A stretch of 64,000 nt of DNA from Candidatus Aminicenantes bacterium (GTDB taxonomy: Bacteria; Acidobacteriota; Aminicenantia; Aminicenantales; Saccharicenantaceae): the NCBI GenBank assembly GCA_963809345.1, contig CAWEJF010000007.1:6633-70632 (forward strand), given 5' to 3'. Made by a program: the position numbers and the translations under genes. Shown piece by piece: positions 54,177 through 63,998 of this stretch (positions within the stretch are counted from its first letter, which is position 1; every line of letters begins with the position of its first letter). The notes beneath the pieces were generated by a model that made no database searches, was not told where the DNA came from, and was given only the letters and a program-made list of their open reading frames with translations.

Positions 54177-55399
54177 CCGTCATGATCGAATACCAGGATG
54201 CCCGGGCCCTCGTGCTTTCCAAAGCGAAGGCCCTTCCGGCCGAAATCGTTCCGTTGGCTCGCGCGCTAGGCCGGATCCTGGCCCGCGATATCCGCGCCCG
54301 TGAGGACATCCCCCCGTTCACCAAATCGACCATGGACGGCTACGCGGTCAGGGCTGAGGACACTCGCCGTCCCGGACCGGACGCCGCGGCCGCCGTCGAG
54401 CTGGAGGTCCTCGAGGATCTGCCCGCGGGACGTCTGTCCCGCAAGGTCCTCGGTCCCGGCCAGGCCATCCGCATCATGACCGGCGCGCCCCTGCCCGGCG
54501 GAGCCGACGCCGTGGTCATGGTCGAGGACACCGAGACATCCGGCCGCGCCGTCAAGGTCCGGCGCGAGGTCCGTCCGGGCGACAACATCGGGCTGGCCGG
54601 CGAGGACATCAAGAGGAACGGGGTCGCGCTCGACCGGGGCACCCTCATCGGTCCGGCGGACGTCGGCATGCTGGCCGCGATCGGGCTCGCCCGCGTTCCC
54701 GTCACTCGACAGCCGAGGCTCGCCGTGATCGCCACGGGAGACGAGATCGTCGAGCCCGGCGTGGCAAAGCGGCGCGGGCAGATCCGCAACGCCAACGGGC
54801 CCTCCCTCATGGCCATGGCTGTCGAGGCGGGCGCGTCGGCGTCCTATCTCGGCATCGCCCGCGACCGCAGGGCCATGCTCGCCGGAAAGCTCGCCCGGGC
54901 CCGTCAGGCCGACATCCTCGTCCTTTCGGGCGGCGTTTCCGTCGGCGACTACGACCTGGTCAAGGACGAGCTCGGCGCGGCCGGAGTCAAGCCGGTCTTC
55001 TGGCAGGTCCGCATCAAGCCGGGGAAGCCGGTCTTCTTCGGAGTCCGCGGCCGCCAGCTCGTCTTCGGACTGCCCGGTAACCCGGCGAGCGCCATGGTCA
55101 CGTTCCTCCTCTTCGTCAAGCTGGCCGTCGACGCCATGCTCGGCCGCACGTCGCCGGGACCGGCGGCCGGACGGGCGATCCTCGCCGCGGACGTCACGCT
55201 CAAGCCGGGCCGGACGCAATTCCTGCGCGGCGTCGTCACGGAGGACGGGCCCGTCCGCAAGGTCGCCCCTTACGGCGACCAGAGAAGCGGCGTCCTGCGG
55301 TCCATGGTCCGGAGCCGCGTTCTCATCGCCGTCCCGGCCGACGTCCGGCACATCGAGGCCGGCCGCGAGGTCGAGATCATCTTCATGGACGGACGGTGA
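54173..55399 (+). CDS. moeA: molybdopterin molybdotransferase MoeA
   Basis: PPF..S.MDGYA, IMTGA.LP.GADAV, TGDE, SGGVSVGDYD, KPGKP, LPGNP. Confidence 0.95.
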   Translation: MTVMIEYQDARALVLSKAKALPAEIVPLARALGRILARDIRAREDIPPFTKSTMDGYAVRAEDTRRPGPDAAAAVELEVLEDLPAGRLSRKVLGPGQAIRIMTGAPLPGGADAVVMVEDTETSGRAVKVRREVRPGDNIGLAGEDIKRNGVALDRGTLIGPADVGMLAAIGLARVPVTRQPRLAVIATGDEIVEPGVAKRRGQIRNANGPSLMAMAVEAGASASYLGIARDRRAMLAGKLARARQADILVLSGGVSVGDYDLVKDELGAAGVKPVFWQVRIKPGKPVFFGVRGRQLVFGLPGNPASAMVTFLLFVKLAVDAMLGRTSPGPAAGRAILAADVTLKPGRTQFLRGVVTEDGPVRKVAPYGDQRSGVLRSMVRSRVLIAVPADVRHIEAGREVEIIFMDGR

Positions 55400-55875
55400 C
55401 CATGGTCAAGCTCAGCCACGTCGACCGTGACGGAAAGGCCCGGATGGTGGACATCGGGGCCAAGGCCGTGACCCGGCGCGAGGCGGCCGCTTCCGCCCTG
55501 ATCAAGCTCGGCCCCGAAACGCTGCGCCTCGTCCGATCCAACGCCATCGCCAAGGGCGACGTCCTGAACACGGCCCGCCTGGCCGGAATCCAGGCCGCCA
55601 AGCGGACCCACGAGCTCATCCCGCTGACCCATCCGATTCCTCTGGAGAACGTCGCCGTCGACCTGGACATCGTGAAGACGGGCATCCGCGTCCGCTGCCG
55701 CGTCTTTGCCGAGGCCAAGACCGGGGCCGAGATGGAGGCCCTGACGGGCGCCGCCGTGGCCGCCCTGACGGTCTACGACATGGTCAAGGCTGTTGAGCGC
55801 GGGGCCGAGGTCGTCCGGCTGCGTCTCGATTTCAAGAGCGGCGGAAAGAGCGGGGTCTACCGGAGACGGGCATGA
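55396..55875 (+). CDS. moaC: cyclic pyranopterin monophosphate synthase MoaC
   Basis: ARMVD, KGDVL, AAKRT.ELIPL.HP, TG.EMEAL, YDM.K, KSGGKSG. Confidence 0.95.
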   Translation: MTMVKLSHVDRDGKARMVDIGAKAVTRREAAASALIKLGPETLRLVRSNAIAKGDVLNTARLAGIQAAKRTHELIPLTHPIPLENVAVDLDIVKTGIRVRCRVFAEAKTGAEMEALTGAAVAALTVYDMVKAVERGAEVVRLRLDFKSGGKSGVYRRRA

Positions 55876-56339
55876 TCCCGGCCGCCGGCGAAACGGGCAC
55901 CGTCGTTTCAGTCAACACGAGCCTCAAGAAGGGGCAGATCAAGCGGCCCGCGACGTTCGTCGAGCTTGTCGCCGGGCGCGGGATCGAAGGGGACGCCCAC
56001 AAGGATTTCGCGCACCGGCAGGTCTCGCTCCTCGCGATCGAAGATATCGAATCGCAGAAGGGACGGGTCGGCGGCACGGTGGCCGTCGCGCTCGGACCGG
56101 GCGCGTTCGCCGAGAACCTGACGACGCGGGGCATCGATCTGGCCGCCCTTTCCGTCGGCGACGAGCTCGTCATCGCGGACACGGTGCGCCTTCGGGTCAG
56201 CCAGATCGGCAAGGACTGTCACACGAAGTGCGCCGTCTTCCATCTCATCGGCGACTGCATCATGCCCGCGCGTGGCATCTTCTGCGAGGTCTTGAGCGGC
56301 GGCACGGTCCGCCCCGGAGACAGCGTTGAGAAGCGGTAA
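55872..56339 (+). CDS. MOSC domain protein
   Basis: GIEGDAH, RQVSLL, PGAFAENL, QIGKDCH..C, CIMP..GIF. Confidence 0.88.
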   Translation: MIPAAGETGTVVSVNTSLKKGQIKRPATFVELVAGRGIEGDAHKDFAHRQVSLLAIEDIESQKGRVGGTVAVALGPGAFAENLTTRGIDLAALSVGDELVIADTVRLRVSQIGKDCHTKCAVFHLIGDCIMPARGIFCEVLSGGTVRPGDSVEKR

Positions 56340-57298
56340 GGTCCTGCGCATATCGGTCACCGACCGCTGTAACCTCCGCTGCGTCTACTGCATGCCCGAG
56401 GCCGGCGTGCCCCTGGTCTCCATGGCGGACATGCTGAGCTACGAGGAGATCGTCACCGTGGCCCGTGCGGCCATGACCGCGGGCATCCGGCAGTTCCGCC
56501 TGACGGGCGGCGAGCCGCTGGCGAGGCGCGGCGTCGTCGCGCTCGTCCGGCTCCTGGCCGCGCTCGGACCCGACGATCTGGCCCTGACGACCAACGGACT
56601 GCTCCTGGCGGACGCCGCCGCGGACCTCAAGGCGGCCGGGCTCACTGCGGGTCACGGTCAGCCTCGATACGCTCCGCCGGGACCGTTTCGAGACCATCAC
56701 GCGGCGGACGGGCTTCGATCGCATCTTCGCCGGCCTCGAAGCCGCCCGAGCGGCCGGGCTGGCCCCGATCAAGGTCAACGCGGTCGTCATCCGTGGCGTC
56801 AACGACGACGAGATCCTCGACTTCGTCCGCTTCGCGCGCAAGGAGGGCGTCGAGCTGCGCTTCATCGAGCTCATGCCGACGACCGGCCTCAGCTCGGAAT
56901 GCAAGGAGCTCGGGGCCTGGCGGCCGGCCCTCTTCGTCAAGGGCGAGGAGATCCTGGCCCGCATCGCCGAAGCCTTCGGCCCCCTCGAGCCCGAACCGGA
57001 GGCGGGCGGAGTGGCCCGCCGCTATAGGACGAAGGACGGGACACGCCTCGGCTTCATCACGCCCGTCTCCGAGCCCTTCTGCGGCGGCTGCGAGAGGATG
57101 CGGCTCGGGCCGGACGGCCGGCTGAGGATCTGTCTCTTCGACCGGACCGGGATCGACCTGCGCCGGCTCCTGCGCGGGGACAGGGCTGGCCCGGCCGAGA
57201 TCGCGGCCGTCATCGAAGCGGCGTTCGAGACCAAATCGACTTGGGAGCGCGGCGCGATCGAGGGCCTCTCGAGCGACATGTTCAGGATCGGAGGGTGA
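56326..57298 (+). pseudogene. moaA: GTP 3',8-cyclase MoaA (radical SAM), frameshifted near 56646 (possibly sequencing error)
   Basis: LRISVTDRCNLRCVYCMP, LTGGEPL, TTNG; shifted frame continues RVTVSLDTL...FCGGCERMR...C-terminal IGG. Confidence 0.85.
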
Positions 57299-57300
57299 CG

Positions 57301-57795
57301 ATGAAGGTCGGCATTCTCACCGTGAGCGACAAAGCGGCGCGCGGCGATCGCGAGGACGGAAGCGGACCCGCCATCCGCGAGATGATCGAAGCGGCGGGGG
57401 GCGAGGTCGCGCGGACGAAGATCGTCCCCGACGAACAGGACGAGATCCGGGCCGCGCTCATCGCCTGGTCGGACGAAGGGCTGGACCTCGTGCTGACGAC
57501 GGGCGGAACGGGTTTCAGCCCGCGCGACTGGACTCCGGAAGCGACCAAGAGCGTCATCGAGCGCGAGGCGCCCGGTCTCCCCGAGGCCATGCGCCGGGCC
57601 GGCGCGGAGAAGACGCCGACGGCCATGCTCAGCCGGGCGGCCGCCGGGATCCGCGGCTCGACGCTCATCGTCAACCTCCCCGGAAGCGAAAAGGCCGTGC
57701 GGGAAAGCCTGGCCGCTATCCTCTCGGCCCTGCCGCACGGGATCGACATCCTGAAGGGCACATCCTCGGAATGCGGGCGGCCTCACCGCGGCTGA
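57301..57795 (+). CDS. mog: molybdopterin adenylyltransferase (MogA/MoaB family)
   Basis: LTVSD, D.SG, TTGGTGFSPRD.TPEAT, LSR..AG, NLPGS. Confidence 0.9.
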   Translation: MKVGILTVSDKAARGDREDGSGPAIREMIEAAGGEVARTKIVPDEQDEIRAALIAWSDEGLDLVLTTGGTGFSPRDWTPEATKSVIEREAPGLPEAMRRAGAEKTPTAMLSRAAAGIRGSTLIVNLPGSEKAVRESLAAILSALPHGIDILKGTSSECGRPHRG

Positions 57796-57939
57796 GCGGC
57801 CGGGCGGGGCCGCCGCCGGCCCCTCGAGGCCGTCTCCCTCGTCAGGTGCCGGCGCTTTGTTTTTACCGGGCGAATATTCTATACTAGAGAGAGGACCGGG
57901 TGAGGTCTCATGGCCAAGGCGTCGGTCTCGGAGGTCAAG

Positions 57940-58857
57940 ATGAAGAAGACGGTTCTCCTGATCGTTGTCATTCTTGTTGCGGCTCTCGTCGTCCCCGCCC
58001 AGGATTACAAGGGCAAGGGGCGCTTGGCCGGAGTGGTCACAGACGAGGCCGGCGTTCCCGTCGAGGGCGTCACGGTCAAGCTCTTTTCTCTGACCGCCCA
58101 GCAGGGCCTGTCGGTCAAGACGGACAAGAATGGCAAATGGCTGGCGGCCTGGATTCGGGGCGGGAGTTGGAACATCGATTTCGAAAAAATCGGCTTCGCG
58201 CCGAAGAAGCTTTCCGTCGATCTCTCGGAAAACAAGAAGAACCCCGATGTCGCGGTCAAACTGACGAAGATCGAGGGACTGGCCCTATCGGACGAAATCA
58301 AAGACCTCCTTATTAAGGGCAATGAACTTTTCGAAAAGAAGGACTACGCGGGGGCCATGGCGTTCTACCAGGACATCATGACGAAGAGCCCCGACGCCTA
58401 CCCGATCTACCAGAATATCGGAAACTGCTATTTCGCCCAGGAAAATTACGATCTGGCCGAGCAGGCCTACCTCAAGGTCCTGGAGAAGGACCCGACGAAT
58501 GTCGATGCCACGATCGCCATCGGCAACGGCTACACCAACCGCGGCGACGCGGCCAAAGCCCTGGAGTGGTACGGCAAGATCGCATTCGAGAAGATCTCTG
58601 ATCCGATCGTCCTCTATAACCTCGGCACGAGCTACTATAACAACGCCAAGTTCGAGGACGCCCTGAAGTTCTACCAGAAGGCCGTCGAGATCCAGAAGGA
58701 CTCCCAAGACGCCCTCTACCAGCTCGGCTTGACCTATCTCAACCTCCAGAAGAACGCCGAGGCCCTCGCGGCTTTCGAGGACTGCCTGAAGATCGACGCC
58801 GCATCGCCGCGAGCGGATCAGGTCCGGAGCTTCATCGAATTCCTTAAAAAGAAATAA
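57940..58857 (+). CDS. exported TPR protein with N-terminal carboxypeptidase-regulatory-like domain
   Basis: GGAGG SD; signal peptide; G.V.DE.G.PVEG.TV; several TPRs (YQNIGNCY, LYNLGTSY, LYQLGLTY). Confidence 0.82.
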   Translation: MKKTVLLIVVILVAALVVPAQDYKGKGRLAGVVTDEAGVPVEGVTVKLFSLTAQQGLSVKTDKNGKWLAAWIRGGSWNIDFEKIGFAPKKLSVDLSENKKNPDVAVKLTKIEGLALSDEIKDLLIKGNELFEKKDYAGAMAFYQDIMTKSPDAYPIYQNIGNCYFAQENYDLAEQAYLKVLEKDPTNVDATIAIGNGYTNRGDAAKALEWYGKIAFEKISDPIVLYNLGTSYYNNAKFEDALKFYQKAVEIQKDSQDALYQLGLTYLNLQKNAEALAAFEDCLKIDAASPRADQVRSFIEFLKKK

Positions 58858-58895
58858 CGCGGGTCCTTGAGCCAGCCGTGAGAGGACATTAACGC

Positions 58896-59318
58896 CTAAT
58901 CGCCCGCAAGGTCGGGCTTGAAGGTTCGGCCCTTCTTCTTCTCGGAGACGCGGCGCTTGTCGGCGAGCATCTTCTCCTTGGCCCGTTTGGAGCGTTTCCT
59001 CTTCTGACGCCGGATCTTGGCGATCCGCTGTTCCTCCTCGCTCTCTTTGCCGACGATGGCCGTCTCGATCTTGTCGACCAGAATGCGGCGGGCCAGGAAC
59101 CGGTTGAGGGACTGGGAGCGTTCTTGCTGGCACTTGACCTCGGTGCCGGTGGGGAGATGCTTGAGGTAGACGCAGGTCGCGACCTTGTTGACGTTCTGGC
59201 CACCATGGCCGCCCGAGCGGATGAATTTCTCGACAATGTCCTCTTCACGGATGCCGAGCTTCTCCATTCGCTCCGCCAGGGCCTGCTCCTTATCGGGGCT
59301 GACGCCGAATATCGCCAT
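58896..59318 (-). CDS. stand-alone GGQ peptidyl-tRNA hydrolase (release-factor-like ribosome rescue protein)
   Basis: FIRSGGHGGQNVNK, HLPTG..V.CQ.ERSQ..N, long basic C-terminal tail. Confidence 0.88.
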   Translation of the reverse strand: MAIFGVSPDKEQALAERMEKLGIREEDIVEKFIRSGGHGGQNVNKVATCVYLKHLPTGTEVKCQQERSQSLNRFLARRILVDKIETAIVGKESEEEQRIAKIRRQKRKRSKRAKEKMLADKRRVSEKKKGRTFKPDLAGD

Positions 59319-59446
59319 GTCCGTATGGTAGCCCAAGTCGGGGGATCAATGCCAATTCCCGGATTCCCCGGCCTGAGAACTGTATTGTGTCCCCGATTCA
59401 AGTGGAATAAACTGCCCTTTCCGGCGTCGAAACAACGGAGGTTCCT

Positions 59447-61225
59447 ATGAAGCCGATACCCCGAGCCCTCATCGTCTTGGCCGTCCTCATCGCCGCCCAA
59501 GTCTTCGTCGCCCTTCCCGCCGCCGGGCAAACGCCGCCGGGCCAAGCCCCGCCGCCAGGGCAGACCCCGCGTCCTAAGGCCCCCCCGATCCAGCCTCCCG
59601 CGGTCGCTCCTGTCCCACCGCCTCCCGTAGCCCCGGCCTCAGGCCCCGTAACAGCCGCAGAATCAACTGATTACAAGGCCACGTCGACATACGCCGAGGT
59701 CCTCGCCTTCATCGGGGACCTCCAAAAGCTTTCGCCCCTCGTCCGGGTCGAGACGATCGCGACCTCGACCGAGGGCCGGGCCATCCCGCTCCTCGTCATC
59801 GGCAAGCCCACGCCCCATGATCCCCTGGCCCTTCGCTACGACAAGCGCGTTGTCGTCTACTTCCAGGCCAATATCCACGCGGGCGAAGTCGAGGGCAAGG
59901 AAGCGACGCTGATGCTCGCCCGCGACATCGTCCTCGACCCCAAGCTGCCCTATCTCGACAAGGTCGTCCTCCTCATCGCGCCCATCTTCAACGCCGACGG
60001 TAACGACAAGATGGACCCTCGAAACCGCATGGGCCAGGTCGGCCCGGAGAAGGGTGCGGGCGTCCGCCACAACGGCCAGAACCTCGATCTCAACCGGGAC
60101 GCCATGAAACTCGAGAGCCCGGAGATGCGTGGCCTCGTCCGCAACGTCCTCACGCGCTGGGACCCGCTGCTCCTCGTCGACTGCCACACGACCGACGGCT
60201 CCTATCACCAGGAACCGGTGACCTACTCCTGGCCGCTCTGCCCGAACGGCGACGCGACTGTCCTCAAATACGCCCGCGACAAGATGCTGCCGGCGGTTGA
60301 CGCGGCGGTGGAGAAGAAATACGGCACCCTGTCCGTCCCCTATGGCGATCCCATGGACTTCAAGGACATGGAGAAGGGCTGGCGGACCTTCGGCCACGAA
60401 CCGCGCTACATGACGAACTACGTCGGCCTGCGCGACCGGCTCTCCGTCCTCATCGAGAACTACAACTACGCCGACTTCAGGACCCGCGTCGCCGGTAACT
60501 ACCACTTCCTCAAGGGTCTCCTCGATTACTGCGCGGCCAACGCCGCCGAGCTCCAGAAGCTCGTCGCCGACGCCGATGCACGGACGGTCCAGAGCGGCCT
60601 CGCTCCGGCCGAAGCCGACACCTTCGGCCTCGACATCGACGTCCAGCCGCTCCCGGGCAAGATCTCCATCCTCGGTTACGAGATGGAGGCCCCGACCCCG
60701 CCCGCCGAGGGCGCCGCCCCCGGGCCCTTCCCGCGCCTGAGGCCGACCGACCGCAAGAAGACCTACGTCATGCCCTATTACGCCGATTTCGTCGCCAAGC
60801 GCTCGGTCCGTCTCCCCTACGCCTACCTTATTCCCGTCGCCGGAACGGACATCCCCGACAAGCTCCGGCAGCACGGCATCGCCGTCGAGAGCCTGACGGC
60901 GCCCTCCACCCTCGAGACGGAGGCCTTCCGCCCCAAGGAGATCAAAGGGGCCGAACGCCTCTACCAAGGTCACCGGACCAATGCCGTCAAGGGCGATTAC
61001 GCCATCGAAAGGCGGGATTTCCCCAAGGGGACGTGGCTCGTCCGGACGGCCCAGCCCCTGGGGCGGCTGGCCGCCTACCTTCTCGAGCCGGAAAGCGACG
61101 ACGGCCTTCTCGTCTGGAATTATTTCGACCGGGACATCGTCAGCCAGTGGGGCCGCGGCGCCCAGACCGTCCCGGTTTACAAGCTCTACGCGCCGTCGAA
61201 CTTGGCGAGCGAACGGATCGATTAG
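59447..61225 (+). CDS. exported M14 zinc carboxypeptidase family protein with Pro-rich N-terminal linker
   Basis: NIHAGEVEGKE, NADG, DLNRD, DCHTTDGS, LLEPESDDG. Confidence 0.88.
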   Translation: MKPIPRALIVLAVLIAAQVFVALPAAGQTPPGQAPPPGQTPRPKAPPIQPPAVAPVPPPPVAPASGPVTAAESTDYKATSTYAEVLAFIGDLQKLSPLVRVETIATSTEGRAIPLLVIGKPTPHDPLALRYDKRVVVYFQANIHAGEVEGKEATLMLARDIVLDPKLPYLDKVVLLIAPIFNADGNDKMDPRNRMGQVGPEKGAGVRHNGQNLDLNRDAMKLESPEMRGLVRNVLTRWDPLLLVDCHTTDGSYHQEPVTYSWPLCPNGDATVLKYARDKMLPAVDAAVEKKYGTLSVPYGDPMDFKDMEKGWRTFGHEPRYMTNYVGLRDRLSVLIENYNYADFRTRVAGNYHFLKGLLDYCAANAAELQKLVADADARTVQSGLAPAEADTFGLDIDVQPLPGKISILGYEMEAPTPPAEGAAPGPFPRLRPTDRKKTYVMPYYADFVAKRSVRLPYAYLIPVAGTDIPDKLRQHGIAVESLTAPSTLETEAFRPKEIKGAERLYQGHRTNAVKGDYAIERRDFPKGTWLVRTAQPLGRLAAYLLEPESDDGLLVWNYFDRDIVSQWGRGAQTVPVYKLYAPSNLASERID

Positions 61226-61345
61226 TTTCCGATCTTCGGACGCAACATCGGAAGGGACCCCGGCATTCGGAGAAGTCCGACGTGAGGCGGCGAGGGATGT
61301 CGCCCTGAGCAAGCCGAATAGGAGGCTTGCGGAACCGGAGGAGCG

Positions 61346-62167
61346 CTATTTTTTCTTCTTCTTGGCCGAGACGAGGTACTTGCCGCAGTTCTCGCAGACA
61401 TAGATGTCGTTGGAGTCTTCCATGGCCGAGTACATCTGCGTCGAGATATTGATATTGCAGCTCTGGCAGACCCCGTCGACGGCGTCGGCGACGGCGAAAC
61501 CATAGCGCTCCATCAGCCGGTCGAAGCGCGACAGGACGTCGCGGTCGAACTCCTCCCGGATCATGGCCGCATGTTTCTGGAGCTCCTTCTGCTGCTCCTT
61601 GGTCGCCCTCTTCTTCCGCAGCTCGATCTCCTGGAGCTTTCTGAGCATCCGGGCCCGGCTGACGATCTTCTCTTCATGAACGAACTTGAATTCGATCCCG
61701 GAGAGGATGTCGTAGAGCTCGGTTTTGTCCTTGGCGGCCAGGATCCGGCCGCGGTTGTCGGTCCGGATGAGGAAGCGGGCCAGGCCGGCGAAGAGATGGT
61801 TGAAGAGGCCGGGCAGGGTCGGGTTCCAGACAACAAGGATGATGAGGTGGACCTTCTGGCCGTCATGGGCGTCGAAGTCGATGCCCTTCTCCGAACGGCC
61901 GACGGCGACGGCGATCTCGCCTTCGGCGTCGACGCGGGCGTGCGGCAGAGCGACGCCGGAGCCGATGGCCGTGGAAACGAGGTTTTCGCGGTCGATGATA
62001 CGAGTCAGGGTCAGCTTCTTGTTGTCGATGAGCTTCTGCTTGGCCAGCAGGTCCAGGAGCTCTTCGATGGCCTCGACCTTATCCTTGCTCTTGAGGTCGA
62101 AAATGACCTGGCTGGGTGTGAGGTAATCCGAGAAATGGGAGATACGGGGGGCGGCTTTGGTCTCCAT
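61346..62167 (-). CDS. PTS EIIA (Fru/Ntr-type) domain fused to a C4 zinc-ribbon domain
   Basis: RE..STAIG.GVALPHAR with the phospho-His; helical linker; CQSC...CENCGKYL. Confidence 0.82.
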   Translation of the reverse strand: METKAAPRISHFSDYLTPSQVIFDLKSKDKVEAIEELLDLLAKQKLIDNKKLTLTRIIDRENLVSTAIGSGVALPHARVDAEGEIAVAVGRSEKGIDFDAHDGQKVHLIILVVWNPTLPGLFNHLFAGLARFLIRTDNRGRILAAKDKTELYDILSGIEFKFVHEEKIVSRARMLRKLQEIELRKKRATKEQQKELQKHAAMIREEFDRDVLSRFDRLMERYGFAVADAVDGVCQSCNINISTQMYSAMEDSNDIYVCENCGKYLVSAKKKKK

Positions 62168-62234
62168 GCCATCAAATCTTAACACACCCCAGGAAAAAAA
62201 AGCAATGCTCAGTCCGCGCGCAGGAGAGAGTCCG

Positions 62235-63998
62235 TTAATTCTCTTTAAAGATCTTGACCGGCAGGCCCGGAAGCAGAAGAAAAACGTCCTTATAAGAGGC
62301 CTTCACCTGGTCGATCTTTCCGGGAGCATCAGTTTCGAGACGGATGGGCAAGTGCGTCAGCGCGATGTGGTCCGGCTTGAGGACCTCCTGGAGGAAACGC
62401 GCACAATTCGGATCGAGGGGGAACCAGAAATGGACCAGCGCCAGGTCGACCGGGGCGCCGCCCAGCCCGAAGCTTCGATATTCTTCGACATTCCCGGGCG
62501 AGTCTCCCTCATGGAAGACACGCCGGCCGTCGAGCTCGAGGAGATACATGATATTCATCGGCGAATCTTGCTTGCCGTGCAGGGTACGGAACGCCGTAAT
62601 GGGGATCCGTTTCAGATCCCGTTCGGCCTTCTCTCCGACTTTAAGGTCGAGCGGGACGACGCGCGGCTCGATCGCGGCCCAGTCCGCCGCCGCCTCCCGC
62701 ATCTCGGCCACGGCGTCCGCCGGGGCCACCAAAACCGGGCTGGAGTTCCTTTCCATATAGCGAGCGGCCAGGGTCGCGTCGAAATGGTCGGGGTGGTCGT
62801 GAGTGATGAGCACCAGGTCGATGCCGTCGAACGGCGCCTCGCCCGCCATGATCTTTTCGAGAACGTCCGGCGAGGGAGCCCGGTACTCCGGATTGGGCTT
62901 GTCGAAGAGGGCGTCGATGAGGACCTTCCGTTCGTCCGAAGAAACCAGGACCCCCGCGTTGGCGATGAACGTGAGGCGGAGCGGGCCTGTCCGGCCCGCT
63001 TCCCCAGGGCGGGCGCCGAGCTCCTTGATCATCCGGAGCGCGTTCCCGTTGCCGGGGTCCAGTTCCAGGACTTTCCTGAAGTGCTTCAGGGCCAGCTCTT
63101 TCTTCCCTTTTGAGGCACAAACGGAGGCCAGCAGTTCGTTGGCCGTGATGGACTCGGGATAGAATTCGACATTCTTCTCGAGGAGGGCCAAGGCCATCCG
63201 CTCGTCCTGGGGGGACTGGAAGTTGTAGGCAAACACGGAGAGAAAGAACTCGCTCATCATCCCCTCCCGCCTGACGAGCCCGAACAACGAATCCAGGGCC
63301 GCGGCGGCGGCCTCGTCCTTTCCCTCGCGGTAGAGTACGGCCGCGTTATCAGCGAGCGCCTGCATCTCCCCGGTGGACTCTTTCAGCGCTTCGTCCTGTC
63401 TCCGCCCGAACCCCTCGGCCGCCTTTTTCGCTTCGGCGACAGCCGCGTCCAGGGCGATCGCAACGGGAACGCGGATATCGGGGATGACGCCCACCCCCTC
63501 CCAATTCCCGCCCGTGACAGGGCTGACGGCCCGGGCGGTCGAGATATAGAATTCGAACCGGTCGTCGATGCCAAAGACGTCGGTATCATGGGCCCCGCCT
63601 TTCGTCGGCTCACCCACAAGCGTCGCCCGTTTTCTGGATTGCATGTCATAGGCGAAGGATTCGGAGGCGGAGAAGGTGTTCGGACCGATCAGGATAAAGA
63701 GGGGGACATCGAGGCGCGGTTCCATGCCGATATCCCGGCGGGTCCAGGATTCGGTCAACGAACCGGACTGGCGGGAATAAGAACCGCTCAATGGGGTCGG
63801 ATACTGGAGGAAATAGCTGCTCAGATAGTCTCCCGACCCGCCGCCGTTCTCCCGGACATCGATGATGATAGCCAGGGCGTTGGCCAGGAATTTCATGGCG
63901 GCAAGAGCCAAGTCCTTGGCCTGGTCGAAGGAATAGAACCGTCGAAGATCGATATAGCCGATCCTCGGTTCGATCCATTCCAGCTTATGGAAGCCGGC
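62235..63998 (-). CDS. S41 peptidase, TPR and metallo-beta-lactamase-fold fusion; 5' end outside window
   Basis: IGYIDL, IIDVRENGGG, TFSASESF, WEGVGVIPD; TPR; ANAG, LIDA, THDHPDH, HEGD. Confidence 0.8.
   Translation of the reverse strand, partial: AGFHKLEWIEPRIGYIDLRRFYSFDQAKDLALAAMKFLANALAIIIDVRENGGGSGDYLSSYFLQYPTPLSGSYSRQSGSLTESWTRRDIGMEPRLDVPLFILIGPNTFSASESFAYDMQSRKRATLVGEPTKGGAHDTDVFGIDDRFEFYISTARAVSPVTGGNWEGVGVIPDIRVPVAIALDAAVAEAKKAAEGFGRRQDEALKESTGEMQALADNAAVLYREGKDEAAAAALDSLFGLVRREGMMSEFFLSVFAYNFQSPQDERMALALLEKNVEFYPESITANELLASVCASKGKKELALKHFRKVLELDPGNGNALRMIKELGARPGEAGRTGPLRLTFIANAGVLVSSDERKVLIDALFDKPNPEYRAPSPDVLEKIMAGEAPFDGIDLVLITHDHPDHFDATLAARYMERNSSPVLVAPADAVAEMREAAADWAAIEPRVVPLDLKVGEKAERDLKRIPITAFRTLHGKQDSPMNIMYLLELDGRRVFHEGDSPGNVEEYRSFGLGGAPVDLALVHFWFPLDPNCARFLQEVLKPDHIALTHLPIRLETDAPGKIDQVKASYKDVFLLLPGLPVKIFKEN

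Noticed and set aside
59520-59650. Short GC-rich repeats encoding GQTPPGQAPPPGQTP
   Set aside because: Low-complexity Pro-rich linker in the M14 peptidase, not a CRISPR array or independent repeat element.
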